Positions 21,584 through 32,139 of a stretch of DNA of 64,000 nucleotides are shown piece after piece; position 1 is the first letter of the stretch; every line of letters begins with the position of its first letter. The stretch comes from Clostridia bacterium. Lineage in GTDB: Bacteria; Bacillota; Clostridia; TANB77; CAG-465. A program made the position numbers and the translations under genes. The stretch covers positions 32,001-96,000 of the forward strand of contig JAZSNU010000011.1 of the NCBI GenBank assembly GCA_045536565.1, given 5' to 3'. The notes beneath the pieces are model-generated. The model did no database searches and was not told the origin of the DNA. It was given only the letters and a program-made list of their open reading frames with translations.

Positions 21584-22159
21584 ATGATAGTACTTGGGAT
21601 AGATCCTGGTTTTGCAAGATTAGGTTATGGTATTATTGATTATTCAAATAATAAATATAAAGTGATAGAATATGGAACAATATCTACCAAAGCAGGTGAA
21701 CCATTAGAAGAAAGACTAAGAAAAATAAACCAAGATTTAAATGAGATTATATCAAAGTATAAAATAGAGGCAGCATCTATTGAAGAACTGTTTTTCAATA
21801 CTAATACAAAAACTGCTATACATGTTGCAGAAGCAAGGGGAGTAATTTTGTATACAATAGCAGCAGCAAATATACCAATTAATGAGTATACACCTCTTCA
21901 AGTAAAACAAGCATTAGTAGGATATGGTAGGGCAGATAAAAAACAAGTTATGGATATGGTAAAAAGGACATTAAAATTAGAACAAATGCCAAAGTTAGAT
22001 GATACAACAGATGCATTAGCACTTGCCATATGTTACATATATAGTTATAAATATGAAAGGTTTGATAAAAAAGGCGGAGGTAATAAATTAGAACTTTTAA
22101 TAAAAGAATATGAAAATAAAGAAAAAAACAGGATAAAAAAGAATTGTAAAGGTAAGTAA
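21584..22159 (+). CDS. ruvC: Holliday junction resolvase
   Basis: LGIDPG, IEELFF, EARGV, EYTPLQVK, DDTTDALA. Confidence 0.96.
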   Translation: MIVLGIDPGFARLGYGIIDYSNNKYKVIEYGTISTKAGEPLEERLRKINQDLNEIISKYKIEAASIEELFFNTNTKTAIHVAEARGVILYTIAAANIPINEYTPLQVKQALVGYGRADKKQVMDMVKRTLKLEQMPKLDDTTDALALAICYIYSYKYERFDKKGGGNKLELLIKEYENKEKNRIKKNCKGK

Positions 22160-22222
22160 CAGCAAGTCTAAAATAACATATAATACACTAAATAGATTAA
22201 AATTCTAGGAGGTGTATTTTTT

Positions 22223-23194
22223 ATGTCCTTAGGACTTGCATTAAGTGGAGGTGGTGCAAAAGGAGCAGCACATATAGGTGTTATAGAAGCCTTAATGGAT
22301 AATAATATAAAAATAGATTACATATCAGGAACAAGTAGTGGAAGTATAATAGCAGCAATCTATGCAGCAGGTTATACACCAAATGAGATGCTTAGGATAA
22401 TAACAAAGGTGATGAAAAATGGTAGGATAATAGATTACGATAGAGGGGTAGCCTTTAAACTAATGAGCGTACTATTTTCAAAAAAGATTAATCTTTCTGG
22501 CTTTATAAAAGGAGATAGGATTGAAAGAGTAATTAGAGAGTATATGAACATGAAAGGTATTAAAGATATATGTGATATTAAAATGCCACTTGCAATACCT
22601 ATTGTAAATGTAAGAACAGGCGAAGTTGTATATTATACAAATGATCCGGTAAGATTTGTGCAGGATAAAGAGGGTATTTTTAAAAGCATAGAAAATAATA
22701 CATATATTGAAAATGAAGATGTTGTTCAAGAGAAAGCAAATATTAGTGATAAACATTATGATGATATTCCAGAATATAGGACAAAAGGTGATATAGCAGA
22801 CATTGTTAGAGCAAGCATAAGTTTTCCTGGTGTATTTAGACCAAAAAGAATAGATAATGAACTATATATTGATGGTGGAGTAAGGGTAAATACACCTGTA
22901 AATGTATTAAAAAGAATGGGGGCAGATAAAGTTATTGCTGTTTCATTTGATTGCAACAAAATAGATAAAAATAATTTAAAAAATGTTATAGGAATAACAA
23001 CACAGGCTTTTGATATATTAACACATGAAGCAAGTGAAAGTGAGCAAGATAATGCTGATATAAATATAAGAGTATGTGCAAAAAATATTTCTTTGCTTGA
23101 TTTTTCGAAATCAGTTTTTTTAGCAAAAAAAGGATATTATTTAGTAAATAATAATATAGAATATATAAAAAGCAAATTAGGAATAGAAATGTAA
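22223..23194 (+). CDS. Patatin-like phospholipase
   Basis: LSGGGAKG, GTSSG, DGG motifs. Confidence 0.92.
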   Translation: MSLGLALSGGGAKGAAHIGVIEALMDNNIKIDYISGTSSGSIIAAIYAAGYTPNEMLRIITKVMKNGRIIDYDRGVAFKLMSVLFSKKINLSGFIKGDRIERVIREYMNMKGIKDICDIKMPLAIPIVNVRTGEVVYYTNDPVRFVQDKEGIFKSIENNTYIENEDVVQEKANISDKHYDDIPEYRTKGDIADIVRASISFPGVFRPKRIDNELYIDGGVRVNTPVNVLKRMGADKVIAVSFDCNKIDKNNLKNVIGITTQAFDILTHEASESEQDNADINIRVCAKNISLLDFSKSVFLAKKGYYLVNNNIEYIKSKLGIEM

Positions 23195-23277
23195 AAATAA
23201 GGGAATAATAAATTCATGATTTATCTTTCAAAATATAATAAATTTAATAGTTATATTAAAGAGGAGGAAGATAGTTT

Positions 23278-23826
23278 ATGAATACCATAGAAAGTTATGC
23301 AAAACTAAATGAGTTATGCGTTAATATGATACCGATAGGAAAGTCAAAACTATTAGATGATGCGGATTATGATTTCTATTTTGCTATATCAGATATATTA
23401 TCTAATCAAGTTGTAATGTCATCTGATAAAATAATGCATCATTCTAAAACTTCTTGTTATAGACATATGTTTAATGTTGCATATTATAGTTATAAAATGT
23501 GTAAATTTTTAAAACTAGATTATGTTTCTGCTGCAAGAGGAGCAATGCTACATGATTTATATCTATATACATGGCATAAAGATCGCGGTGTTGTAATGGA
23601 ACTTTTAAAAAGACATTTATGGGTACATCCTAAAATAGCACTTGTAAATGCACTTAAAAACTTTGAACTCAATGATATTGAAAAAGATATTATTGCAAAA
23701 CATATGTGGCCAGTTACTATTAAACTTCCTAAATATACAGAAACATTTATTGTGGGTATAGCAGATAAGTTTTGTTGTATTATGGAAATATTTCATGATA
23801 TATTTAGAAGAAAAGATAAAAATTAA
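23278..23826 (+). CDS. HD-domain phosphohydrolase
   Basis: HH..SCYRH, AMLHDLYLY, HP, HMWP, ADK. Confidence 0.85.
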   Translation: MNTIESYAKLNELCVNMIPIGKSKLLDDADYDFYFAISDILSNQVVMSSDKIMHHSKTSCYRHMFNVAYYSYKMCKFLKLDYVSAARGAMLHDLYLYTWHKDRGVVMELLKRHLWVHPKIALVNALKNFELNDIEKDIIAKHMWPVTIKLPKYTETFIVGIADKFCCIMEIFHDIFRRKDKN

Positions 23827-23915
23827 GATTAAGATAAGAGAATATATATAATATATTTCCTTGTCTTATTTTTTAATCCATGATATAATGACAGCTATAT
23901 TAAGGGAGGTAAGAT

Positions 23916-24797
23916 ATGTTTTTTTCAAAAATAAAAGAAACATTTACAAGTAAAATAAGTAATATATTTAGTTCAAATAAAGAGCTAGATGAAATAATAG
24001 ATGAGATAGAGGAAACTTTGGTTTGTGCAGATATTGGTGTAGAAACTGCCATGGAAATTTGTGACAATATAAGAAAGAAAGCAAAGGTTGAAAAGGATAA
24101 ATCAGAAGAAATTATAAAAAATATACTAAGAGAAGAACTTATTAATATATTGGAACAAGCAAATGAAATAAAAGAAGAAAAGATAAGTGATAAAAAATGT
24201 ATTCTTGTAGTTGGAGTAAATGGAGTGGGAAAAACAACATCTATTGCTAAGATTGCTAACATGTATAAAGAGCAAGGTAAAAAAGTTTTATTGGTTGCAG
24301 GAGATACATTTAGAGCGGGTGCAGTAGAGCAACTACAAATTTGGGCAGATAGATTAGATATACCTTGTATAACAGGAAAAGAAAATGCAGATCCATCTTC
24401 TGTTATGTTTGAAGGCTCTAAAATGTTCAAAGTATCAGATTATGATATTTTAATATGTGATACTGCTGGAAGACTTCATAACAAAAAGAATTTAATGGAT
24501 GAGCTTGATAAAATGAAAAGAACAATAGAAAAAAATATCGATAGTAATATTATTGAAGTATATATGGTTTTAGATAGCACAACTGGACAAAATGGTGTGC
24601 AGCAAGTAAAAAGTTTCTATGAAAGAACAAGTATTGACGGCATAGTATTAACAAAATTAGACAGTACAGCAAAAGGTGGAGTAGTATTTAGCATACTTAA
24701 AGAGTTAAATATACCAATTAAATATATTGGTACAGGAGAAAAAGTAGAGGATATAGCAGAGTTTAATGCTAAGGAATTTGTTGAAAGTATTGTGTAG
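23916..24797 (+). CDS. ftsY: SRP receptor GTPase
   Basis: GVNGVGKTT, DTFRAGA, DTAGR, TKLDSTAKGG. Confidence 0.96.
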   Translation: MFFSKIKETFTSKISNIFSSNKELDEIIDEIEETLVCADIGVETAMEICDNIRKKAKVEKDKSEEIIKNILREELINILEQANEIKEEKISDKKCILVVGVNGVGKTTSIAKIANMYKEQGKKVLLVAGDTFRAGAVEQLQIWADRLDIPCITGKENADPSSVMFEGSKMFKVSDYDILICDTAGRLHNKKNLMDELDKMKRTIEKNIDSNIIEVYMVLDSTTGQNGVQQVKSFYERTSIDGIVLTKLDSTAKGGVVFSILKELNIPIKYIGTGEKVEDIAEFNAKEFVESIV

Positions 24798-24817
24798 AAT
24801 AGAACATCCTATCAAGT

Positions 24818-25396
24818 TTAAAGATAACTTGATAGGATGTTTAATATGTTTTCTACGCCTATTTTGTTTTCGCTAGAGAAAGCTACTATTTCACTATCTG
24901 CAAATAATCTTTTTCTAATTATTTGCATCATTTCTTCTGCTTTGGTTTTAGATAATTTGTCAGCTTTGTTTGCAACAATAGTACATGGTATTTGTTTTTC
25001 TGCTAGCCAATCGTACATGGCTCTATCATTTTCGGTAGGCTCATGTCTTATATCTACTAAAAAGAATATATGTCTAATATTTAAAGTTTTTTCTAAGAAG
25101 TTATTTGTTAATTTATTTATATTTTCTTTTTCTTTTAGTGACATTTTTGAAAAACCATAACCGGGAAGGTCAACTAAGTAAAATTCGTTGTTTATATTAA
25201 AGTAGTTTATACTTCTTGTTTTACCAGGATTACTACCAACCTTTGCAAGTTTTTTGTTATTTGTAAGTGCATTTATAAAGGAAGATTTGCCAACATTAGA
25301 TTTTCCAACCATAACAAAAGTAGGTAAGTCATCTTGTATTAAATCTTTATTGTTAAATATTGATTTTACAAATTTAGCATTTTTTAAATATTCCAT
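24818..25396 (-). CDS. engB: Ribosome biogenesis GTPase YsxC/EngB
   Basis: GKSNVGKSS, PGKTR, DLPGYG, NKADK. Confidence 0.95.
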   Translation of the reverse strand: MEYLKNAKFVKSIFNNKDLIQDDLPTFVMVGKSNVGKSSFINALTNNKKLAKVGSNPGKTRSINYFNINNEFYLVDLPGYGFSKMSLKEKENINKLTNNFLEKTLNIRHIFFLVDIRHEPTENDRAMYDWLAEKQIPCTIVANKADKLSKTKAEEMMQIIRKRLFADSEIVAFSSENKIGVENILNILSSYL

Positions 25397-25474
25397 AGTT
25401 TTTTATCCTTTCAAAAAATATAGCTTTCAAATATATATAAGTTATACTTGAAAGCTATTATTTAATATACTTTA

Positions 25475-26755
25475 TTATTTTGCTTTTGGTAACTCTATCT
25501 TAGTTTTTCCACCCATATAAGGAACAAGTACATCTGGAATAGTTACTGTTCCATCTTCGTTTTGGTAGTTTTCTAAAATAGGGATTAAAATTCTAGGTGA
25601 TGCAATAGCAGTATTGTTTAATGTGTAAACATATTTTGTAGTGCCATCTTCATCTCTATATTTTATATTACTTCTTCTTGCTTGGAAATCATTAAATGAT
25701 GAGCAAGAGTGAGTTTCTGAATATGCATTTCTAGAAGGCATCCAAGCCTCAATATCATGTTTCCTTATTTGTCCTATACCAATATCACCAGTACAAACTT
25801 GAACAACTCTATATGGTATTTTTAAATCTTGAAGAACTTCTTCTGAGTTGTTTAATAAGAAGTCGTGTATTTTGTATTGTTCATCACTATCAGCAGCACA
25901 AATAGCTACTTGTTCTATTTTAGTGAATTGATGCACTCTATAAAGACCTCTTGTATCCTTACCATATGTACCTGCTTCTCTTCTAAAACAGTTAGAGTAA
26001 CCAGCATAAAGGATAGGTAAGTCTTTTTTATCCAATGTTTCACCGTTATGATAAGAAACAAGAGATACTTCTGATGTACCAACTAAGTATAACTCGTCTT
26101 CTGTTATTGCATAGGCTTGTTCTCTTCCAAGAGGGAAGTAACCTGTTCCTCTCATTGCAATATCTTTTACCATAACAGGTACAGTCATAGGGCAGAATCC
26201 TTTTGATACTAATTTATCTAGAACATATCTACAAACAGCCATTTCTAAAAGTACAGCATCATTTTTTAAATAATATGTACGAGAACCAGCAATTTTTGAA
26301 GCATGTGCAAAATCCATTAAATCTAACATTTGACCTAATTCTACATGGTCACGAGGTTCAAAATCAAATTTTCTAATTTCACCCCATGTTCTAAGTTCTA
26401 CATTATCGTTTTCGTCTTTTCCGATTGGAACTTCTGGTAGAGTAGGATTTGGTACAGTAAGCATAATGCTATCAAACTCATCTTTTAGAGGTGCAACTTC
26501 TACTTCCATATTTGTTATTTGTTCTTTTAAACTTTTAACATAAGCAATTTTTTCTTGTTTTTCTTCGCTCGATAAGGATGGTATTAAGCTAGATAGCTTG
26601 TTCCTTTCTTCTTTTAATTCGTCTAGTTTTTGATTAAGTAATTTTAACTGATTATCAACTTCAAGTAATCTGTCGATATCTACATTAAATAATTTGTCTT
26701 GTGCAGCTTTTTTTACAACATCTGCATTTTCTCTAATAAATTTTATATCTAACAT
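25475..26755 (-). CDS. serS: Serine--tRNA ligase
   Basis: MLDIKFIR, GTSE, FRREAG, GLYRVHQF, TLNNTAIA. Confidence 0.96.
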   Translation of the reverse strand: MLDIKFIRENADVVKKAAQDKLFNVDIDRLLEVDNQLKLLNQKLDELKEERNKLSSLIPSLSSEEKQEKIAYVKSLKEQITNMEVEVAPLKDEFDSIMLTVPNPTLPEVPIGKDENDNVELRTWGEIRKFDFEPRDHVELGQMLDLMDFAHASKIAGSRTYYLKNDAVLLEMAVCRYVLDKLVSKGFCPMTVPVMVKDIAMRGTGYFPLGREQAYAITEDELYLVGTSEVSLVSYHNGETLDKKDLPILYAGYSNCFRREAGTYGKDTRGLYRVHQFTKIEQVAICAADSDEQYKIHDFLLNNSEEVLQDLKIPYRVVQVCTGDIGIGQIRKHDIEAWMPSRNAYSETHSCSSFNDFQARRSNIKYRDEDGTTKYVYTLNNTAIASPRILIPILENYQNEDGTVTIPDVLVPYMGGKTKIELPKAK

Positions 26756-26907
26756 AATATTCCTCCTTAAATATACTACTTATTATATTATAATTATCCC
26801 AATATTTCAATTGTTTTATTAATTTAAAGATGAAAAAATAATGAATTTGAATAAAAAAATAATAATTACAAAAACTATTTATATATAATAGTGAAAGGAT
26901 GATAAAA

Positions 26908-27132
26908 ATGAAAAGAAGAAAAGATAACGAATATGATGGGAATTTAAAAATAAATTGTAATGTATCTACTTGTGCTCATAACTGTGTAGAGGATAGTACT
27001 TGTTTATTAAAAGAAATAAAAGTGGCTAGAATAAAGGCAGATGAAAGTGGAGATGCAGATAAAGACACAGCATGTCATAGTTACAAATACTTAGGACATG
27101 AAAATTCTAGTTTGGGTAATTTTAGAATGTAA
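26908..27132 (+). CDS. DUF1540-like Cys-rich small protein
   Basis: INCNVSTCAHN..C..I.V..TACHSY pattern; AAGGA RBS favours ATG 26908. Confidence 0.75.
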   Translation: MKRRKDNEYDGNLKINCNVSTCAHNCVEDSTCLLKEIKVARIKADESGDADKDTACHSYKYLGHENSSLGNFRM

Positions 27133-27158
27133 AAACTGAAAGAAAAGTGTAAAAAAAT

Positions 27159-27190
27159 AGTGTAAGGATGTTAAAATTCCTTACACTTTT
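27159..27190. terminator. Bidirectional terminator between convergent genes
   Basis: AGTGTAAGGA...TCCTTACACT flanked by A and T runs. Confidence 0.6.
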
Positions 27191-27203
27191 ATATATTCAT
27201 TTA

Positions 27204-29522
27204 TTATTTACTGTTTAGCACTATATTGTTATTATTTAACTCTAAAACATATTTCTTGTTTTCTTCTAGTTCATTTTTTATATATTTAAGAGCGATTAAA
27301 TCTTCAATATATTTAGTAATAGTTCTTTTTAATGGTCTTGCACCAAACTTATTGCTAAATCCTTTATTTAGAATAAACTCAGCAACTTCATCAGTATATG
27401 AGATATTCAAGTTTTTCTTTTTTAATTCTTCTATAAATTCATCTAAAAGTAGTTTGGTTATATTTAAAGAATCTTTCTTGTTTAATTTATTAAATACAAC
27501 TATATCATCAATTCTATTTAAGAATTCAGGTGAGAAGAACTCTTTTAAAGCATGACTTACTTTTGTTTTTAACATGTCGTCTTCAATATTGTTATTTGCA
27601 AAACCATAACCTTCGTTTTTAAAGTTTGTTCCAAGATTAGATGTAAGAACAATTATAGTATGCTTAAATGAAACGGTTTTACCTTGTGAATCAGTAAGTC
27701 TACCATCATCTAAAACTTGAAGTAGCATATTGAATATACTTGGATGAGCTTTTTCTATTTCATCAAATAATACAATACTATATGGATTTCTTCTAACTTT
27801 TTCAGTTAAATATCCAGCCTCATCATATCCAACATATCCAGGAGGAGAACCAATAAGTTTTGAAATGCTATGTTGCTCCATATATTCTGACATATCTAAT
27901 CTAATTATTGCATCTTCACGGTCAAATAATTCATAAGCAAGAGCCTTTACAAGTGCTGTTTTACCAACACCAGTAGGTCCTACAAAAATGAAAGATGGTG
28001 GGTTATCGCTGTTTTTAATATTAGCCCTTTTCCTTAAAATAGAGTTATATAGTGTAGTTATTGCGATTTGTTGTCCTATTATTTTTTTACTTAAATTATT
28101 TTCTAAGTTAAGAAGTTTTTCTGTTTCTTTTTGAGATAATCTAGATGCTGGAATATTTGTCCAAAGTTCAACAACTCTTGCTAGATTATCAAAAGACAAA
28201 ACAGGTTTTTTAGCCTTTTTATTTAAGTCAGATAAACTAGCCTCTAAGTTACATTGCATTGTCTTTAAGTTTGCTGCTTTTTCATATGTTTCAGGGCTTT
28301 CTGTGTCATTTATATTTGCAAGCTCAAATTCAGCATCTTCTATTTGACTAGAAATTTCTTCTAATTGTTTTTCAATGCTTTCTATTTTATTTAGTGTTTT
28401 GTTATCTAAGTATACACGAGAACAAGCCTCATCTATTAAATCTATGGCCTTATCAGGCAAAAATCTATCGTGAATATATTTTTTAGATAAGTTTATACTT
28501 TGAATAAGTGCATCATCTGGTATTATAACCTTATGGTGTTTTTCGTAGTATGGTCTGATACCTTTTAATATTTCTAGTGTATCGCTAAAATTAGGCTCTT
28601 CTAAAATTATAGGTTGGAATCTTCTTTCTAGTGCAGCATCTTTTTCAATAGTTTTTCTGTATTCTTTTAAAGTTGTAGCACCAATAATTTGGATATCACC
28701 AGTAGCTAGGGCAGGTTTTAGCATATTTGCTGCATTCATTGAATTGTCATGGTCGATAGAACCCATTATAGTATGCATTTCGTCTATTGCTAGTATTACA
28801 TTAGAGAAAGATTTACACTCATCTATAATTCCTTTCATTCTTGCTTCAAATTGCCCTCTAAATTGAGTACCTGCAACAACAGCAGCCATATCAAGTAGGT
28901 AGATTTGTTTATCTTGTAATCTTTGTGGAACTTGTTTATTTGCTATCTTTATTGCAAGGCCATTCATAACAGCTGTTTTACCAACACCAGGTTCGCCAAT
29001 TAGTGCAGCGTTATTTTTAGAACGACGGTTTAGAATTTGTATTAATCTTTCTAACTCTTTGTCTCTACCAACTACATTATCTAATTTACCTTCTTTTGCA
29101 AGTTTTGTTAAATTAGTACCATAAACATCCAAGTATTTAGCCTTTTTATTTTCCTTTTTTTCTTTCTTTTTAGTTTTAACAGTTTGTCCACTATTTTCTT
29201 CTATATCATCATCCATTGCCATATTTTCTGGATCAAAGCTACTAAAAGGATCAAATCCTAAATTATCAAAAGAGCCGAATATATTTGGCATAGAATCAGG
29301 ATCAAATTTTCCAAGTAGTCCTTCAAACTGTTTTGTGATATTTTCCATTTGCTCAGGAGTTAAATTATCTACTGAATCTACAACTGATTTTATAGGGTCG
29401 ATTCCTCTTTTTTTAGCACAATCTATACATAGTCCTTCACTAAATGTAGGTTTATTGTTTTCTTTATCAAATTTATTTACAAATATGACTGCCATATTTT
29501 TTTTACAAACAGAACATAACAT
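27204..29522 (-). CDS. ATP-dependent Clp protease ATP-binding subunit (ClpE/ClpC-like, N-terminal Zn finger)
   Basis: CSVC..CIDC; Walker A motifs GEPGVGKT and GPTGVGKT; GSPPGYVGY; GARPL; GGAGG before ATG 29522. Confidence 0.93.
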   Translation of the reverse strand: MLCSVCKKNMAVIFVNKFDKENNKPTFSEGLCIDCAKKRGIDPIKSVVDSVDNLTPEQMENITKQFEGLLGKFDPDSMPNIFGSFDNLGFDPFSSFDPENMAMDDDIEENSGQTVKTKKKEKKENKKAKYLDVYGTNLTKLAKEGKLDNVVGRDKELERLIQILNRRSKNNAALIGEPGVGKTAVMNGLAIKIANKQVPQRLQDKQIYLLDMAAVVAGTQFRGQFEARMKGIIDECKSFSNVILAIDEMHTIMGSIDHDNSMNAANMLKPALATGDIQIIGATTLKEYRKTIEKDAALERRFQPIILEEPNFSDTLEILKGIRPYYEKHHKVIIPDDALIQSINLSKKYIHDRFLPDKAIDLIDEACSRVYLDNKTLNKIESIEKQLEEISSQIEDAEFELANINDTESPETYEKAANLKTMQCNLEASLSDLNKKAKKPVLSFDNLARVVELWTNIPASRLSQKETEKLLNLENNLSKKIIGQQIAITTLYNSILRKRANIKNSDNPPSFIFVGPTGVGKTALVKALAYELFDREDAIIRLDMSEYMEQHSISKLIGSPPGYVGYDEAGYLTEKVRRNPYSIVLFDEIEKAHPSIFNMLLQVLDDGRLTDSQGKTVSFKHTIIVLTSNLGTNFKNEGYGFANNNIEDDMLKTKVSHALKEFFSPEFLNRIDDIVVFNKLNKKDSLNITKLLLDEFIEELKKKNLNISYTDEVAEFILNKGFSNKFGARPLKRTITKYIEDLIALKYIKNELEENKKYVLELNNNNIVLNSK

Positions 29523-29740
29523 TTTTATATTACCTCCAATTAATTTACAAAGTATATCATAAAACGAGGATAAATACAAGCTTAATGGCATGTCTAAAAA
29601 TGTAAAAAGTGTTTGTGAAACTATTTAAAGAAACGAATATAATTAAATGTAATTTACATAATAATAAAAATGTGATATAATCATATAAGATCAACAAAAC
29701 TATGTATTAATTTATAATTAAGTTATGGGAGGAAAAAAGA

Positions 29741-30028
29741 ATGAGTAATAGAAGTAAAACAAGAAAATATGATGAAAGAGTTAATGATGTCAAAATTATG
29801 GGAAAGTATATTGTTGAAAATAGCGCAACTATACGGCAAGCAGCAGATTACGGTGGAATAAGTAAAACAGTATTACATAAAGATATAGAAAATATCCTTT
29901 CAAAAGAGGATTCAAAACTGTATGATAAAGTAAGAAAAGTTCTTGACAAAAACAAAGCAGAAAGACATAGTCGGGGAGGATTAGCAACAAAAATAAAATT
30001 TGCTAAGGATAAAAATAACAGAGATTAA
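29741..30028 (+). CDS. spoIIID: SpoIIID family transcription regulator
   Basis: YIVENSATIRQAA..GISKTVLHKD..NKAERHSRGG.ATK. Confidence 0.85.
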   Translation: MSNRSKTRKYDERVNDVKIMGKYIVENSATIRQAADYGGISKTVLHKDIENILSKEDSKLYDKVRKVLDKNKAERHSRGGLATKIKFAKDKNNRD

Positions 30029-30036
30029 AATCTCTG

Positions 30037-31305
30037 TTATTTTGTTAATTTATAATTTATATCTTTTTCCGCATATTGTTCTGGTTTTAAACCCAATCTA
30101 GGACGCATATAATCTAAGATAAGTAGTATAGTCATAATGAAGATTACACCAAATATAACATATGCAATTCCTATGTTTGTAATTTCTAGAAGTTTACTTG
30201 CTAAAAATAATAGTGAAAATGTACCAAGCATTTCGGATAAATAATATACAGACATTATTTTAGGTCTTATAGCACTAGTAGTGAAGTTGTTTAAATATTT
30301 TTTCATTATAACTCTATAACTTCCTTTGAAAAAGTTTTGCAAAGCAAAAACTATAAATCCTATAAATAATAATATATTTGTATTAAATCCTATCAGATGA
30401 GGTATACCTACAAACAAGAAAACAGAAATATATATAATAGATATATATGCTAATGTTTTTTTCTTTTTCTTATCTTGGAATTTATCTTGGTATGAAGAAC
30501 CTATTGCGGATATTATGCTAAGCGCTGATGTTATAAGTCCAAACATAACAGATGATACTTCTATGTCTGTCATGAAAGCCTTTGAAAAGTTGTTTGCAAC
30601 AGAAACTACTCCTGCAAAAACACAAGCAAAGACAAGTAACGCTTTCATTCTTTCACTTTTAAATATAAATTTAAATCCAAGTTTCATATCTTCTATATAT
30701 TCAGTATGACTTAATTCTTTATTGTTTTTTGTCATTATTGTACTTTCGTCAAATTTAAATGATAATATTGTAGATGTAAGCATTGATAGAGCGCATAGTA
30801 CAATAGGTATATATGGGTTTATTACATATAAATAACCTGATATTATAGAGGCAACAGCTTCTGTATAAAAATAGTATGAAGAACCTTTCGCTTCAACTTT
30901 TGCTGAATCATTCTCTATATGTTCTTTTTTCATAATTGTAAATAGGAAAGGGGATTCGGATACACTTTTTAGAGCAAATCCAAATGCCATTTGGATGTCT
31001 CCTAGCATTACAGTTGAAAAAGAATTTGCTATTATATATGTAAGTACGCCAGTTGTACAAAATATGTTTCCTAAAACAATACATTTTTTATATCCTATTT
31101 TATCAACAACAAATGTTACGGGTATTTGAAATATCATTTGAAAAGCACTATACAAAGAACTAAGTAAAACAATATTAGCAACTGATATTCCTTTTACATT
31201 GTGCAAAAAAAGCATTTGTATTGCATAATAGAATAATAAATCGTACGCAAATAATTTATATATTGGAAATAATTTAATGTTTTTAAAATTTATTTTAGAT
31301 TCCAC
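30037..31305 (-). CDS. MFS transporter
   Basis: About 12 hydrophobic segments; DKIGYKK loop motif. Confidence 0.85.
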   Translation of the reverse strand: MESKINFKNIKLFPIYKLFAYDLLFYYAIQMLFLHNVKGISVANIVLLSSLYSAFQMIFQIPVTFVVDKIGYKKCIVLGNIFCTTGVLTYIIANSFSTVMLGDIQMAFGFALKSVSESPFLFTIMKKEHIENDSAKVEAKGSSYYFYTEAVASIISGYLYVINPYIPIVLCALSMLTSTILSFKFDESTIMTKNNKELSHTEYIEDMKLGFKFIFKSERMKALLVFACVFAGVVSVANNFSKAFMTDIEVSSVMFGLITSALSIISAIGSSYQDKFQDKKKKKTLAYISIIYISVFLFVGIPHLIGFNTNILLFIGFIVFALQNFFKGSYRVIMKKYLNNFTTSAIRPKIMSVYYLSEMLGTFSLLFLASKLLEITNIGIAYVIFGVIFIMTILLILDYMRPRLGLKPEQYAEKDINYKLTK

Positions 31306-31450
31306 TTTTATAACCTCTCATATGTATATATAAAAATTATATTAAAAGTAAAAAGATAATTCAATATAAAGCACAAAAAAATAGGAGAAATCTCAAAAAA
31401 ATGTAAGAAAAAACTACTGAAATAAAAGTATTATTCCAATAGATAAATAG

Positions 31451-31651
31451 TTATATAGTCCAGCTTTTAATATCTTTTAATGCAAAACCTCTTTCAGCAC
31501 CTTTTTCTATATCAATAGCATTTAAAATCCATTGTTCTTCTTTATGCCAATCAGTAGATTTAAATTCAATATTAATAGGCAATATTTTTCTAGTTCTAGT
31601 TTCATCTTTCCAGTTAGTATAAAGTATTTTAACAATTTTATCTTTATCCAT
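31451..31651 (-). CDS. Small stand-alone WYL-domain protein
   Basis: YTNWK.E..TRKILP..QWILNAID.EK..RGFALKDI pattern; AGAGGTG RBS. Confidence 0.65.
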   Translation of the reverse strand: MDKDKIVKILYTNWKDETRTRKILPINIEFKSTDWHKEEQWILNAIDIEKGAERGFALKDIKSWTI

Positions 31652-31840
31652 AAAATCACCTCTTATACATATAAAATACAAAAATTAATCAATAGTTTCA
31701 TAATAATACGATGTTTCAATACCTTTGAATATTGTATATAAATCAAAATTATAAATATCATTACTTGAAAATAATTTTTTGCATTTTCTAAATATTTTAT
31801 ATCAATTTTATTCATATAAAACATTTCATATATACAATAA

Positions 31841-31860
31841 GCCCATCCGTATGGTTGGGC
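31841..31860 (-). terminator. Hairpin terminator after the tRNA
   Basis: GCCCATCC-GTAT-GGTTGGGC stem just beyond the tRNA 3' end. Confidence 0.55.
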
Positions 31861-31870
31861 TCAATAAATT

Positions 31871-31944
31871 TGGCAGGGGTAGAGAGATTCGAACTCCCAT
31901 GAACGGTTTTGGAGACCGGCATGCTACCATTGCATCATACCCCT
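31871..31944 (-). tRNA. tRNA-Trp (CCA)
   Basis: Reverse complement folds as a cloverleaf: AGGGGTA/TACCCCT acceptor stem, CTCCAAA anticodon loop, TTCGAAT T loop, encoded CCA end. Confidence 0.96.
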
Positions 31945-32139
31945 TTATTTAATACTTGTATAGTATAACATATAAATGATAAAAATATCAATACTAAAAT
32001 GTATATTTTATGAAATTTGTAATTAATACTAAATATTGAATGTACTTAAAATGTTTACATAATATAAGAGATGTGGTATAATATAAGTATATGAAGTGAT
32101 ATATTAAAAAATGATTATTTATTTTAAGGAGGAAAATAT

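Noticed and set aside
29741-30028. Sense-codon reassignment of CGG, as in some low-GC Firmicutes
   Set aside because: CGG encodes conserved Arg positions of SpoIIID (ATIRQ, HSRGG), consistent with the standard code.
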